From a bacterium (lineage in GTDB: Bacteria > Patescibacteriota > Minisyncoccia > Moranbacterales > GWC2-37-73), in the NCBI GenBank assembly GCA_037140955.1, contig JBAXDL010000001.1, positions 114,319-178,318 on the forward strand: a stretch of 64,000 nt of DNA, given 5' to 3'. The notes under the pieces are model-generated. The model ran no database searches. It was not told the DNA's origin and saw only the letters and a list, made by a program, of their open reading frames with translations. The first letter of the stretch is position 1; every line of letters begins with the position of its first letter. Shown here in pieces: positions 47,944-58,908 of the stretch. A program made the position numbers and the translations under genes.

Positions 47944-50691
47944 ATGAAAAATACTAAGAAAAAACTGATCCTCATCGATGGAAATGCCATCATTCATCGG
48001 GCATATCATGCGCTTCCACCGTTTACCACCAAAAAGGGAGAATTGGTCAATGCGGTCTATGGTTTTGCTTCAACGCTGCTCAGCGTGATTGCTGAATTTT
48101 CACCGGACTATGTCGTGGCATCTTTCGACTTGGCTGGCAAAACTTTTCGTCATGAAAAATTCGAGGAATATAAGGCAACGCGAGTCAAAGGTGACGATGA
48201 GCTCTATGCTCAAATCCCCCGCGTGAAAGAAGTGGTCACAGCTTTCAACATTCCAATTTTTGAGGTGGCTGGGTTTGAAGCTGACGATGTGATTGGAACA
48301 ATTGCCACTCAAGTCAAAAAACTTGGTGAGGAAATTGAAACCATCATTGTCACTGGTGATATGGACACCCTGCAGCTTGTGAATGACTCAACAAGCGTCT
48401 ACACCATGCGCAGAGGTCTTTCTGATTCAATCATGTATGACAGCGAAAAAGTTTTTGCGCGCTATGGACTTTCGCCTGATCAGATTATTGACTACAAGGC
48501 ACTGCGAGGAGATCCATCTGACAACATTCCAGGAGTCAAAGGAATTGGAGAAAAAACAGCTGTGACCTTGCTTCAAAAATATCTCACACTTGATGGTGTC
48601 TATGAAAATATTGAGGAAATTAAAGGTGCCGTGAAGGACAAATTGGTTCGTGACAAAGCTCAAGCCTATCTCAGCAAGGATTTGGCGACCATTGCACTTG
48701 ATGCTCCAGTTGAACTTGAGTTGGAAAAAGCAGTGCTCAAAGATTTTGATCGCGACACAATTGTGAAACTTTTTTCTGAACTCAATTTTTTCAGTCTCAT
48801 CAAGAGACTGCCTGGCTCAAATGAGCAAATTGATTCTTCAGAAAAAAAAGAAGTTGCTGGAGTGAAAGATTTCAAATATACCATTGCGGATGAAAAAAAT
48901 TCAACTGAATTGATTGCTGAATTTGAAAATGCAACTGAAATCTCAATTGCAACAGAAGAAAGCGAAGAAAAATTGAGTGGAGTTGCAATTTCCTGGAAGA
49001 TTGGTCGCGCTGCTTTTTTTCCAGTTTCAGCAAATTCTTTTGGTGAGATAAAAAGAATCTTGGAAAATGCTGAAATCAAAAAAATTGGTCACGATTTGAA
49101 AACAATTTTCAAGCAACTTCATACTGCAGGAATAAAACTTAATCTTGGAGATTTTTCCGCCAAAGGCGCCGTGTCCGCCTCTGGCGTGAGACCAGCCTCT
49201 GGCTGGGACACCATGATTGCTGCCTATGTTTTGAGTCCTGGAGAAAAAATTGATTTTGAAAAAATGATTTTTTCAGAGCTTGGAGAAGAAATTGTTTTTG
49301 AAAAAAAATCCAAAGGACAACTCTCCTTGGTTGCAGATCCAGAAGATGAAAAACTTGCTTTGAATTTGGTTTGCCAAAAAGCTGACTATACCCTGAAATT
49401 GAAACTTGCCTTGGAAAAAAGAATTTCAGAAATTAGCGCCGAGCAAAAACAAGCAAATCTCACTGATGGGACACTGCAAACTCTTTTTGCCCAAATGGAA
49501 ATGCCCATGGTAGAAATTTTGGCCAAAATGGAACTGACTGGCATTGAACTCAACACCGTTATTTTCAAGGGAATCTCTGAAAAAATCACAACAACATTAA
49601 AAAACTTGGAAATATCAATTCACCAAATGGCCGGCAAAGATTTCAACATCAATTCACCTTCGCAGCTTTCAGAGATTTTGTTTGTAACCATAGGCTTGTC
49701 AACAGCTGACATCAAAAAAACCAAGAAAGGACTTTCAACTGCGGCAGCAGAACTTGCAAAACTTCGCGACTCTCACAAAATCATCGCAAAAATCGAAGAA
49801 TATCGCGAGCTTTTCAAATTAAAAACAACTTATTTGGATGCAATTCCAAAACTTGTCGATTCCAATTCTCGCATTCACACAACATTCAATCAAGCTGTGG
49901 CATCAACTGGCAGACTTTCTTCAACAGAACCGAATTTGCAAAACATTCCTATCAAAACTGAATTGGGACAATTTCTCAGAACTGCATTTGTTGCCAAAGA
50001 AGGATACAAGTTGGTCAGTGCTGACTATTCCCAAATTGATTTACGCTGTGTGGCACATGTTTCCGGTGACAAGAAACTCATTGAAGCCTTTCATCGCGGC
50101 GATGACATTCACAAAATCACAGCGGCTCAAATAAATGGAGTCACAATCTCACAGGTCACTGAAAAAATGCGTTCAAGCGCCAAGGCTCTTAATTTTGGAA
50201 TTATTTATGGCATGAGCTCTTTTGGATTTTCACAGTCAGCTGGAATTTCCAGACAGGATGCTCAAAAATTCATTGATGCTTACATGGAAAAATTTTCAGG
50301 TGTGGCCAATTACATGAAAGAAACTCGCGAATTTGCGCGCACTAATGGATATGTAGAAACATTGCTTGGCAGGAGAAGAAATCTTCATGAAATCAACTCA
50401 CCGAACTTTCAGGTGGCTGCTGGTGCAGAGCGCATGGCGATCAACATGCCTATTCAAGGCCTTGCAGCCGACATCATGAAGCTTGCCATGATTGCGACAC
50501 AGAAAACTTTTTCTGATGACGACGATGTGCGCATGATTTTGCAAGTACATGATGAAATTATTCTTGAAGTAAAAAATGAAAAAGCTGACATGGCTGCAAA
50601 AAAATTGAAAGAGGCTATGGAACAAGTTCACCCTCTTGCTGTGCCACTTATTGTAGATGTTAAAATTGGAGATAATTGGGGAGAAATCTAG
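47944..50691 (+). CDS. polA: DNA polymerase I
   Basis: 915 aa; 5'-3' exonuclease, 3'-5' exo-like and family A polymerase motifs (RRxxKxxNFGxxYG, QVHDE). Confidence 0.95.
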   Translation: MKNTKKKLILIDGNAIIHRAYHALPPFTTKKGELVNAVYGFASTLLSVIAEFSPDYVVASFDLAGKTFRHEKFEEYKATRVKGDDELYAQIPRVKEVVTAFNIPIFEVAGFEADDVIGTIATQVKKLGEEIETIIVTGDMDTLQLVNDSTSVYTMRRGLSDSIMYDSEKVFARYGLSPDQIIDYKALRGDPSDNIPGVKGIGEKTAVTLLQKYLTLDGVYENIEEIKGAVKDKLVRDKAQAYLSKDLATIALDAPVELELEKAVLKDFDRDTIVKLFSELNFFSLIKRLPGSNEQIDSSEKKEVAGVKDFKYTIADEKNSTELIAEFENATEISIATEESEEKLSGVAISWKIGRAAFFPVSANSFGEIKRILENAEIKKIGHDLKTIFKQLHTAGIKLNLGDFSAKGAVSASGVRPASGWDTMIAAYVLSPGEKIDFEKMIFSELGEEIVFEKKSKGQLSLVADPEDEKLALNLVCQKADYTLKLKLALEKRISEISAEQKQANLTDGTLQTLFAQMEMPMVEILAKMELTGIELNTVIFKGISEKITTTLKNLEISIHQMAGKDFNINSPSQLSEILFVTIGLSTADIKKTKKGLSTAAAELAKLRDSHKIIAKIEEYRELFKLKTTYLDAIPKLVDSNSRIHTTFNQAVASTGRLSSTEPNLQNIPIKTELGQFLRTAFVAKEGYKLVSADYSQIDLRCVAHVSGDKKLIEAFHRGDDIHKITAAQINGVTISQVTEKMRSSAKALNFGIIYGMSSFGFSQSAGISRQDAQKFIDAYMEKFSGVANYMKETREFARTNGYVETLLGRRRNLHEINSPNFQVAAGAERMAINMPIQGLAADIMKLAMIATQKTFSDDDDVRMILQVHDEIILEVKNEKADMAAKKLKEAMEQVHPLAVPLIVDVKIGDNWGEI

Positions 50692-50779
50692 AGAGTGAAA
50701 AACTCAAAGTGTAAAACGCAAAACACTCCCACTTTTTACACTAAATTATTATTTTTAGCTTTTAGCTTAAAACTTTCCT

Positions 50780-51598
50780 ATGCCTGAATTGCCTGAAGTT
50801 CAAACTGTCGTAAACGATTTACAAATAATTCTGGGTGACACCATCATCTCTTTTTGGAGTGACTTTGAAAAGGCCATAAAATCAAAAGATTTTGAAAAAA
50901 ATATTCTGGGCAAAAAAATAATAGACATAAAAAGAATCAGCAAAAATATTGTTCTTGAACTTGAAAATAACAGTCACCTCATGATTCACCTGAAGATGAC
51001 GGGGAAAATTCTCACTAACAAAAATTTCAAACCAGCAAGAACGTCAGAAAAGCACCTGCACCATGTTTTTTATTTGAAAAAAAATGGCGTGCTTGAATTT
51101 CATGACATACGCAAATTTGCAACACTAGAACTACTCACCAACGAAAAACTGCTAGAAATAGTGGCCAGCAAAGGAATGGACCCATTTTCTGCTGATTTTG
51201 ATTTGGCAAATTTTGAAAAAATTGTAGCCAGCAGAAAAAACAAAAATGTCAAAAGCCTGCTCATGGATCAAAAGGCTATTTCCGGCATTGGCAATATTTA
51301 TGCTAGTGAAATTCCCTTTTCTGCAAAAATTAACCCGCTGCGAAAAAATAGCACTCTAACCAAAAAAGAAATTGCGGCTCTGTACAATTCAACCATCAAG
51401 ATTCTGACCAAAGCGATCTTGCTTCGTGGCACATCGATTAGTGATTATCGCGATGCAAATGGCAAAAGAGGCAGCTTTCAAAATGAATTAATGGTTTATG
51501 GAAAAGTTGGCGACAAATGCAAAAAATGTGATACAATAATTCAAAAGGCTATTGTTGAACAAAGAAGCACTTTTTATTGTCCAACTTGTCAACACTAA
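50780..51598 (+). CDS. mutM: formamidopyrimidine-DNA glycosylase (Fpg/MutM)
   Basis: MPELPEV N-terminus; C-terminal zinc finger CxxC...CxxC. Confidence 0.9.
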   Translation: MPELPEVQTVVNDLQIILGDTIISFWSDFEKAIKSKDFEKNILGKKIIDIKRISKNIVLELENNSHLMIHLKMTGKILTNKNFKPARTSEKHLHHVFYLKKNGVLEFHDIRKFATLELLTNEKLLEIVASKGMDPFSADFDLANFEKIVASRKNKNVKSLLMDQKAISGIGNIYASEIPFSAKINPLRKNSTLTKKEIAALYNSTIKILTKAILLRGTSISDYRDANGKRGSFQNELMVYGKVGDKCKKCDTIIQKAIVEQRSTFYCPTCQH

Positions 51599-51682
51599 AA
51601 TTGTTAAATGAAAAAATTGCTAAATCCCTAGATTTTTCTATGTTTTAACAATTTAACAGCTTAACAATGTAAAAAAAATCAA

Positions 51683-52786
51683 ATGAACAGAAAACAAATA
51701 GGTCTGATTGTTCTTGCATCTGCCATAATCGTTGGCATTGGTTTCTACCTAACAAGAGGCAAGAAAAATGTAACAGTAAAACAAATTCAGGTTAATGGAA
51801 CACCAGAAAGCACAGTGCCCGCTAATGCTGAAAATGTTAGTCCAATCTCCGGAATTGCTTGCGACAATTGGAACAAGCGCACTTTCTCCGTGATGCAACC
51901 AGCAGATGTTGCTGCAAGACCATTGGCAGGACTTTCTCAGTCAGACATGACTTTTGAAATGGTTGCAGTATATGGCAGCATCACACGTTTGATGGGCGTG
52001 TATGGCTGCACATTACCAGAGGAAGTTGGTTCTCTTCGCAGTGCTCGTCATGATTTTGTGCACCTTGCAAAAAGTCTTGATTCAATTTATGTTCACTGGG
52101 GACGAGCCGACATTGAACAATTCAAAGAAGTTCTTAACAGTGGAATTATTGATGACATGAATTGCAATGATGATGCTGGAAAATCTTCTGGCAAATATTG
52201 TTTCAGAAAAACAGCCGAGGGAAACATGCGTGGAGTTGACACTGGTTATGCAAAATTTGCCAGCCTTATTGATGGAGCAAAAGCTTTTGGCTATAAACTA
52301 GATAGTAACAAGTTTTTAGGATACCCTCATCAAGCGGACGCAGCTATTGATCAGCGCCCAACAGGAGGACATCTTCGCGTGGCCTATGCCAAGCCATTTG
52401 ATGTTGAATATGACTATGACAAAGCTAGCAACTCATATTTTCGAACATGGGGTGGAACAGCAGACACTGACAGAAACAACAAGCAACGCATCGCACCAAA
52501 AAACATTGTTGTCATGATTGCAGATGCTGCTCCAATCAAAGTTGGAGAACAATATGCAAACGTTCAAATTGGTGATCCATGGTTTGATGAAAAAGATTCT
52601 GGTAGCGCTTTTTATTACCTAAATGGACAACAATACAAAGGTACCTGGAAAAAAGACAGAACAAAAATTGATAGCAAGCTTTTGTTTTTAGATGAAACTG
52701 GGCAAGAAATAAAATTCGTTCCTGGACAAATATGGGTTGAAATTATTGATCCAGGTCAAGCTCTTCGCTGGACACCAAGTGCATAA
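51683..52786 (+). CDS. membrane-anchored DUF3048-like protein
   Basis: N-terminal TM; ARPLAGLSQSDMTFEMVAVYGSITRLMGVY resembles the DUF3048 core. Confidence 0.5.
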   Translation: MNRKQIGLIVLASAIIVGIGFYLTRGKKNVTVKQIQVNGTPESTVPANAENVSPISGIACDNWNKRTFSVMQPADVAARPLAGLSQSDMTFEMVAVYGSITRLMGVYGCTLPEEVGSLRSARHDFVHLAKSLDSIYVHWGRADIEQFKEVLNSGIIDDMNCNDDAGKSSGKYCFRKTAEGNMRGVDTGYAKFASLIDGAKAFGYKLDSNKFLGYPHQADAAIDQRPTGGHLRVAYAKPFDVEYDYDKASNSYFRTWGGTADTDRNNKQRIAPKNIVVMIADAAPIKVGEQYANVQIGDPWFDEKDSGSAFYYLNGQQYKGTWKKDRTKIDSKLLFLDETGQEIKFVPGQIWVEIIDPGQALRWTPSA

Positions 52787-52800
52787 TCTAGATTGAAAAT

Positions 52801-53766
52801 ATGTATATTTTTCTTTATGGTGCTGACAATTTTCGCTCATTAGAAAAACTCAGCACCATCAAAAATGAATATTTGCAAAAGAATAGCTCAGGCACAGACC
52901 TGAGCATTCTTGATTATGGAGATGGTGCCTCCTCAGAATCATTTGCAACTGCAATCTCTGCGCAAGGACTGTTCTCAACCAAACAGCTAATCATAGCAAA
53001 GGGTTGCATGCTAAATGGCTCATTGGAAACGCAAAAACAAATACTCACGCTGCTCAAGTCAAACACTGACCTAGAAAAAAACCCAGATACTATTGTCATT
53101 TTTTATGAAAATAATACTCCCAAAAAAAATGGAGCACTTTATAAGTTTCTATTCAAAACTGCAAAAAAACAAGAATTCACACCATTAGAAGGATCTACAC
53201 TATCAACATGGGTAATGGAAACCACAACAAAACTTTCCAGTGATATCTCGTTTTCAAGAAGCGCACTAAACATGCTCACAGCTGCCACCGGTAATGATCT
53301 CTCACTGCTGAGTAATGAAATCATCAAATTAGTCAATTACAAGAATATAGGAGAAATAACAGATGAAGACATTGTGCTTTTGGTTAAATCAAAAATCGAT
53401 TCAACTATGTTTGAAACCATTGAAGCTTTGACGAGCGGCAACAAAGCCAGAGCCATAACGCTCTTTCATCAGCAACTAGCAAAAGGAGAAGACATTTTTT
53501 ATATCCTCTCCATGTATACATATCAAATTCGCACCCTACTCAAAATTGGAGACTTTTATTGGCAAGGTATAACAAATGCGCCCCAAATAGCGCAATCATC
53601 TGGTCTGCACCCCTATGTTGTGCAAAAATCACTTGGTCAAATCAGAAATCTTTCACAAGAGAAAACAAAAAAAATGCTACGCGATCTGGCTGAAATAGAC
53701 CTGCAATCCAAAACAACAAAATTTGATCCAGTTCTAGCTATCGACACCTTCATTGTTTCAATCTAA
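52801..53766 (+). CDS. holA: DNA polymerase III delta subunit
   Basis: MYIFLYGADNF...; the size and location are consistent with holA. Confidence 0.6.
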   Translation: MYIFLYGADNFRSLEKLSTIKNEYLQKNSSGTDLSILDYGDGASSESFATAISAQGLFSTKQLIIAKGCMLNGSLETQKQILTLLKSNTDLEKNPDTIVIFYENNTPKKNGALYKFLFKTAKKQEFTPLEGSTLSTWVMETTTKLSSDISFSRSALNMLTAATGNDLSLLSNEIIKLVNYKNIGEITDEDIVLLVKSKIDSTMFETIEALTSGNKARAITLFHQQLAKGEDIFYILSMYTYQIRTLLKIGDFYWQGITNAPQIAQSSGLHPYVVQKSLGQIRNLSQEKTKKMLRDLAEIDLQSKTTKFDPVLAIDTFIVSI

Positions 53767-53776
53767 AAAGCCCACA

Positions 53777-53809
53777 AAAAAAACCAACAAAGTACTTTGT
53801 TGGTTTTTA
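53777..53809. terminator. bidirectional terminator AAAACCAACAAAG-TAC-TTTGTTGGTTTTT
   Basis: 13-bp stem. Confidence 0.6.
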
Positions 53810-53822
53810 ATAAGCTTTGAAA

Positions 53823-54095
53823 CTATTTTTTCAATGCAAGCTTTTTAACTGCAGCATTCAATCTTGATTTCTTTCTGGCAGCAGTATTTTTCTTAATAAC
53901 TTTCTTTTGAGCAGCTTTGTCTAGGGCCTTGATAGCTCTTTTAAGCAATTCTTGTGCTTCAGCTACTTTTCCGGCTGCAACATTTTCCTTTGTCTCCTTG
54001 ATAGCATTTCGGAAAGTTCCTTTCACTATTTTATTGCGAACTGTCTTGCGATCAGTAACTCGCATGTATTTTTTTGCAGATTTTTTGATTGGCAC
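53823..54095 (-). CDS. rpsT: 30S ribosomal protein S20
   Basis: IKKSAKKYMRVTDRKTVRNK...; likely GTG start, so it is shorter than the listed 102-aa ORF. Confidence 0.8.
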   Translation of the reverse strand: MPIKKSAKKYMRVTDRKTVRNKIVKGTFRNAIKETKENVAAGKVAEAQELLKRAIKALDKAAQKKVIKKNTAARKKSRLNAAVKKLALKK

Positions 54096-54220
54096 GTCAG
54101 TATTTGTGATTTCACTTTCTCCTGAGAGCATTAGGAAAAGGCAAATTCAATAAAATTAATTGTTTATACTTATTTACTTCTATATATTATTAACACGCTT
54201 TAAGTCTTTTGACAAGAGTC

Positions 54221-54505
54221 TTATTGACTCATTGCCAAATCAACAATTTCCTCGCCACCCAATTCTCTGTTGACCCTTGCAACTATTTGTCCTCTTCTAA
54301 GCCAAATTTCGCTTGCCCAGGTTGAACTTGAAGCCTTAATAAAAATCTTTTTTTCTTTGAAAAACACTGGTGTTATGTTCTCAATACCCTGTTTTCCATA
54401 CTCTTCCTTTATTATGAGTTGAAAAACATAAAAAACACTTTGCTGATCAATAATGGTGCGCTTAACCAAGCTTTTCTTGTTTATAAAAGATCCTAATGTT
54501 TGCAT
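54221..54505 (-). CDS. DUF721/DciA-like protein
   Basis: 94 aa; SSSTWASEIWLRRGQIVARVNRELG motif; sits immediately downstream of dnaN, as DciA typically does. Confidence 0.5.
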   Translation of the reverse strand: MQTLGSFINKKSLVKRTIIDQQSVFYVFQLIIKEEYGKQGIENITPVFFKEKKIFIKASSSTWASEIWLRRGQIVARVNRELGGEEIVDLAMSQ

Positions 54506-54519
54506 GATATGAAAACAGG

Positions 54520-55668
54520 TTAGTTTTTAATTGGCATGATGATGTAGGTATAATTCAAAAGTTCCTCCCTTTTCTCTCCTTGCACCATGCGCAAAACAGC
54601 TGGTGAAGAACCTGAGTTCATCAACAAGACCAAATGTTGTGTTGAAATTGCAGTAAGACCATCAGCCATATAGCGAGGATTGAAAAGCGCCTCTTGAGAT
54701 GGACCTTCAATATCTGCGCTTAAAATAGTTTTGTTTTCACCAACCTCTTCAGCCTTGGATTGAACAAAAACTTCCTTGGTTTCACCACTAACAATAAATT
54801 TAACCTCGCCAGATTTGCTATGTGTAAAAATTCCAGCAATTTTAACCGCACGCAAAACATCATCCTTGGAAAGAAAGACCTTAGTAGTAAATTCCTGAGG
54901 AATTATTTGTTGATATGGTGGATATTTACCATTAATCAAGCGTGAAACAATTCTAACATTATCAATTTGGAAAAAGATTTGACTTTCCTCGATGCCAATT
55001 TTAATTTCTTGTGTTTCTGGATTTATGACACGAAAAACTTCTGAAATTGTGTTTAGTGGTACAATCACAGATTGTGTTTTTTCAACAAACAAGTCATAGG
55101 CCTGCGAATTGTCTCTTATAAGAGTCACAACAGCCTCTGCCAAACGAAAACTGTCAGTTGCTGCCAAGCGCACTTCTAATTTGTTTAGCACAAAGTTAAG
55201 ACCTGTAAGTTCTGGTCTGGTGCTATCAAGAGAAACACAAATTGCCAAGCGCGGAATTGCCTCTTTCATTTCCTGAGCTGGCAAAGAAAACAAGAACTCG
55301 CCTTCCATTTCGGGAATAATTGGAAAATCAGTTGCTTGCAATCCATTTATTTGAGCCTTTGATGATCCGCTTTCAATATAAAGTGTTTGCCCAATGACAC
55401 TAAGCGAAACAGTTCCAACATTAGGCAAATTGTTCACAAAATTACTAAGCAAACGAGCAGGAACAGTTATTCTTCCTTCTTCTTCTATCTTGGCTCCTAT
55501 TTTCAAAAAAACTCCAATTTCAAGATTTGTTGCTGAGATTTTCAGCATTCCATTGTCTGTTTCAAGTAAAATATTTTCCAAAATTGGCAAAGTTATTTGT
55601 TTTCCAACAACTCTTTCGGTGCTATAAATAGCCTTTTTAAAGTTTTCCTGTGTACATGTTAATTTCAT
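54520..55668 (-). CDS. dnaN: DNA polymerase III beta sliding clamp
   Basis: 382 aa; three-domain clamp; N-terminus MKLTCTQENFKKAI. Confidence 0.9.
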   Translation of the reverse strand: MKLTCTQENFKKAIYSTERVVGKQITLPILENILLETDNGMLKISATNLEIGVFLKIGAKIEEEGRITVPARLLSNFVNNLPNVGTVSLSVIGQTLYIESGSSKAQINGLQATDFPIIPEMEGEFLFSLPAQEMKEAIPRLAICVSLDSTRPELTGLNFVLNKLEVRLAATDSFRLAEAVVTLIRDNSQAYDLFVEKTQSVIVPLNTISEVFRVINPETQEIKIGIEESQIFFQIDNVRIVSRLINGKYPPYQQIIPQEFTTKVFLSKDDVLRAVKIAGIFTHSKSGEVKFIVSGETKEVFVQSKAEEVGENKTILSADIEGPSQEALFNPRYMADGLTAISTQHLVLLMNSGSSPAVLRMVQGEKREELLNYTYIIMPIKN

Positions 55669-55734
55669 AAATATAATTGGCTAAAGGTTTTCTTAGTTAA
55701 GGTTTGACAACATCCTTGTCCCGATTAAACATTC

Positions 55735-57156
55735 TTACACTGCATAGATGCGTTCTCGCAAAATTGCAACATCTTCTCTGACTTTTTCATCTGTCTCTAT
55801 TTCCCTATTAATTTTCTCATATGCATGCAGTGCTGTTGTGTGGTCCCTGCCACCAAATTGAGTGCCAATGCTTGGATAAGAAACGTTGAGCTCGCTGCGC
55901 ATCAAATACATTGCAATATGACGCGCATAGGCTATTTCCTTTTTTCGTCCTTTTTCAATTAATTCTTTAGTAGAAATATTAAAATATTGCGAAATAGCTT
56001 CAATCACATTTTGTGGCTGCACTCCCTTCTTTTTTCCACTTGAAATTATCTCAGAAAGCGCTCCTTGAACAAATTTCAGCGTTGGCAATTTTTTGTTAAA
56101 CTCGCAGGCAGCTATGATGCGATTCAAAGCGCCTTCCAATTCGCGAATATTATTTTTTACATTCTCAGCAATAAATCTGATCGCCTCCTCGTCCATGTAG
56201 AAATTATTTTCCACTGACTTTGTTTTCAAAATTGCAATTCTTGTTTCTATGTCAGGCTTTCCAATATCTGCAATCATGCCGCCTTCAAAGCGCGATCTCA
56301 AGCGATCCTCCAGGGTTGCAATTGCTTTTGGAGGGCGATCTGAGCTTATTACTATCTGCTTATTGATTTGATATAGGGCATTAAAAATATGAAAAAATTC
56401 ATTTTGTGTTTTTTCTTTTCCTGCCAAAAACTGAACATCATCAATAATCAACAAGTCTATAGCCTGATATGCTGATTTAAAGTCATTTACCGTCTGATTT
56501 CGGATAGAATCAATAAGCTCATTAGCAAAACGCTCAGAGGTGATGTATTTAATCCTTCTGGTTGGGTCATTTGCTAGCACCTCATTGCCAATTGACTGCA
56601 GCAAATGGGTTTTTCCAAGGCCAACACCACCATAAATAAAAAGTGGATTATATATTTTTCCTAGATTCTGAGAAACGGCATAGCAAGCAGCTCTAGCCAG
56701 CTCATTGTTTTCGCCAATAATAAAATTTTCAAAAGTATATCGTGCATTGATATTATTTTCAAAAGCAGCACTTGCATGCTGTGGGCTAACATTGTGCTGA
56801 ACTTGCTGCACTGAGTTATTTGCCCCCTGATATGCTTGCGGTGAGGATTGATTTTCCTGATTAAAATTAGGCTGATTAACCTTTTTAATCTCATTTAAAG
56901 GCGCTTGTTCATTACTATAAATAACACAACTAATTTCCTTGATATCATCCTGCGAATTCCTGAGTGCCTTAAAAATATACGTATTATATTTGTTTTCTAG
57001 CCACTCCTTAGCAAATCCATTTGGCACACCAATAACAACCTTGCCACCCTCGTTGGAAAGAATTTTTGTATTTTTAAACCAGGTGCTAAAATTTGCCTTT
57101 GAAATAGAAAGCTCTATTTCTCCCAGCGCAGCCTGCCAAAGTTCCGCATTATTCAT
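55735..57156 (-). CDS. dnaA: chromosomal replication initiator DnaA
   Basis: AAA+ Walker A GGVGLGKTHLL; C-terminal DNA-binding domain. Confidence 0.95.
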   Translation of the reverse strand: MNNAELWQAALGEIELSISKANFSTWFKNTKILSNEGGKVVIGVPNGFAKEWLENKYNTYIFKALRNSQDDIKEISCVIYSNEQAPLNEIKKVNQPNFNQENQSSPQAYQGANNSVQQVQHNVSPQHASAAFENNINARYTFENFIIGENNELARAACYAVSQNLGKIYNPLFIYGGVGLGKTHLLQSIGNEVLANDPTRRIKYITSERFANELIDSIRNQTVNDFKSAYQAIDLLIIDDVQFLAGKEKTQNEFFHIFNALYQINKQIVISSDRPPKAIATLEDRLRSRFEGGMIADIGKPDIETRIAILKTKSVENNFYMDEEAIRFIAENVKNNIRELEGALNRIIAACEFNKKLPTLKFVQGALSEIISSGKKKGVQPQNVIEAISQYFNISTKELIEKGRKKEIAYARHIAMYLMRSELNVSYPSIGTQFGGRDHTTALHAYEKINREIETDEKVREDVAILRERIYAV

Positions 57157-57571
57157 ATGACTTAGCCTGTTAATAGTGCAAAAAAATTATATCATGTCTT
57201 CCCTTCTTCTACTAATTGTTACTAATAACAACTGTTGATAACATGTGGATAAGTGCATAAGTATCTTTTTTAGCTTTTATAAGCCATAATTTGTATTTTT
57301 TTGAAGGAAAAGAAGCTTGCTTACCGCACTTAAACTTAGAATATCCTCTCTTATCCCCTCTTGTCAATCATTTTTAATGAATTTTTAAAAAATTGACCGC
57401 TATTGCGCCTTTTTTCAGTTAGATGCGGGTTGACTTTTCTGCACGTGCTGCTACACTTATCTATAGTATTACCTAATGTCCTACCTATTTTAAATAAATA
57501 AGTTTTTTTATTTAAACGGCGATCGAAGGAAAATGCCTATTTCATATTAATAATTTAATCAAAAACATATT
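57157..57571. promoter_or_regulatory. oriC region with DnaA boxes
   Basis: consensus TGTGGATAA at 57244-57252; variants TTATCCCCT at 57351-57359, TTATCTATA at 57458-57466 and TTGATAACA at 57231-57239; AT-rich; lies between dnaA and rpmH. Confidence 0.6.
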
Positions 57572-57706
57572 ATGAAACGTACATATCAACCAAAAAAAGG
57601 ACGTCGAAAAAGCCGTCATGGATTCCTTGAGCGCATGAGCACAAAAAATGGTATCGCTGTTATCAAAAGACGCAGACAAAATGGTCGCAAAAAACTTTCA
57701 GTTTAA
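57572..57706 (+). CDS. rpmH: 50S ribosomal protein L34
   Basis: [18 protein letters not shown]... Confidence 0.85.
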   Translation: MKRTYQPKKGRRKSRHGFLERMSTKNGIAVIKRRRQNGRKKLSV

Positions 57707-57730
57707 AAACATCACGAGAAAAATGCCAGC

Positions 57731-58072
57731 ATGCTTTCAAAAAAATACAGACTAACAAGACGCGAGGACTTTTCAAAAGTATTTTCCAAGGGTGCATATG
57801 CCAGGCAAGATGAACTTTCCATTAAGTATGCGAAAAATTCATTACCATTAACCAGAATTGGATTTCCGATTGGGAAAAATTATTCAAAGAAGGCGGTGGT
57901 CAGAAACAGAACACGAAGAGTACTGCAAGCTGCTTTTGATGAAATTACCAGCAAAATAACACCAGGTTTTGATATCGTCGTCATAATAAGCCCAGGCTAT
58001 CAAAAAATAGAACTTAAAAAAATCTCCGGTCAGTTACAGAAAATTTTGTATAAAGCTAATTTATTCATGTAA
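57731..58072 (+). CDS. rnpA: RNase P protein component
   Basis: 113 aa; RnpA basic motif; position after rpmH. Confidence 0.85.
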   Translation: MLSKKYRLTRREDFSKVFSKGAYARQDELSIKYAKNSLPLTRIGFPIGKNYSKKAVVRNRTRRVLQAAFDEITSKITPGFDIVVIISPGYQKIELKKISGQLQKILYKANLFM

Positions 58073-58110
58073 CATTTCCTTGATAATTAAGGAAATAATA
58101 AAAAAACAAA

Positions 58111-58845
58111 ATGCTAGCTCTCTTTCACACAATCATATATCAACCATTATATAACATACTTATTCTTCTTTATAACATTGTTCCCGGGAAGGATTTCGGT
58201 ATTTCAATTATCCTAATCACCATCCTCCTTCGAACAATTTTAATCCCGCTTTACAAAAAGCAAATCGAATCGCAGAAAAAACTTCAAGCATTGCAACCCA
58301 AAATAAAAGAGTTGCAAGAAAAAACAAAAGGAGACAAGGAAAAACAAACCAAGCAATTAATGGAACTTTACAAGGAACACAAGACGAATCCATTTTCTGG
58401 TTGCTTGCCACTGATTGTGCAATTAATATTTTTAATTGCTATTTATCGCGTTCTGATAAACATTTCCGACTCTGGTTTAATTGCTGATCAGGCACAGCTA
58501 TATTCCTTTGTTTCCGATCCTGGAAAAATAAATCAATTTTTTCTTTTTATTGTTGATTTAACAAAGCCAAGCATTGTCATAGCTGCTCTTGCCGCTATTG
58601 CTCAATATTTTCAAACAAAAATGCTTATGGCTAGTCAGCCAGCACCAACAAAAGAAACTGAATCAGACAAGCCTGATATGGCACAAATAATGAGCAAACA
58701 AATGCTATACCTTGGACCATTTTTAACGTTTTTCATTGGTGTAAAATTTCCAGCAGGATTATCCCTTTACTGGCTGGCTGGAACATTATTCATGTTAGTG
58801 CAACAAATTTCAATTGAAAAAAAATCAGGGGTCGCAAAGCAATAA
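58111..58845 (+). CDS. yidC: membrane protein insertase YidC (short form)
   Basis: conserved PLY..Q...K...LQP.IKELQEK and GCLP motifs. Confidence 0.85.
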   Translation: MLALFHTIIYQPLYNILILLYNIVPGKDFGISIILITILLRTILIPLYKKQIESQKKLQALQPKIKELQEKTKGDKEKQTKQLMELYKEHKTNPFSGCLPLIVQLIFLIAIYRVLINISDSGLIADQAQLYSFVSDPGKINQFFLFIVDLTKPSIVIAALAAIAQYFQTKMLMASQPAPTKETESDKPDMAQIMSKQMLYLGPFLTFFIGVKFPAGLSLYWLAGTLFMLVQQISIEKKSGVAKQ

Positions 58846-58908
58846 AAAAATAATCATTTTCAATAAGAACTTTCTGGGCAAATTGCCTTTAAATTTCTAT
58901 CATAGAAT

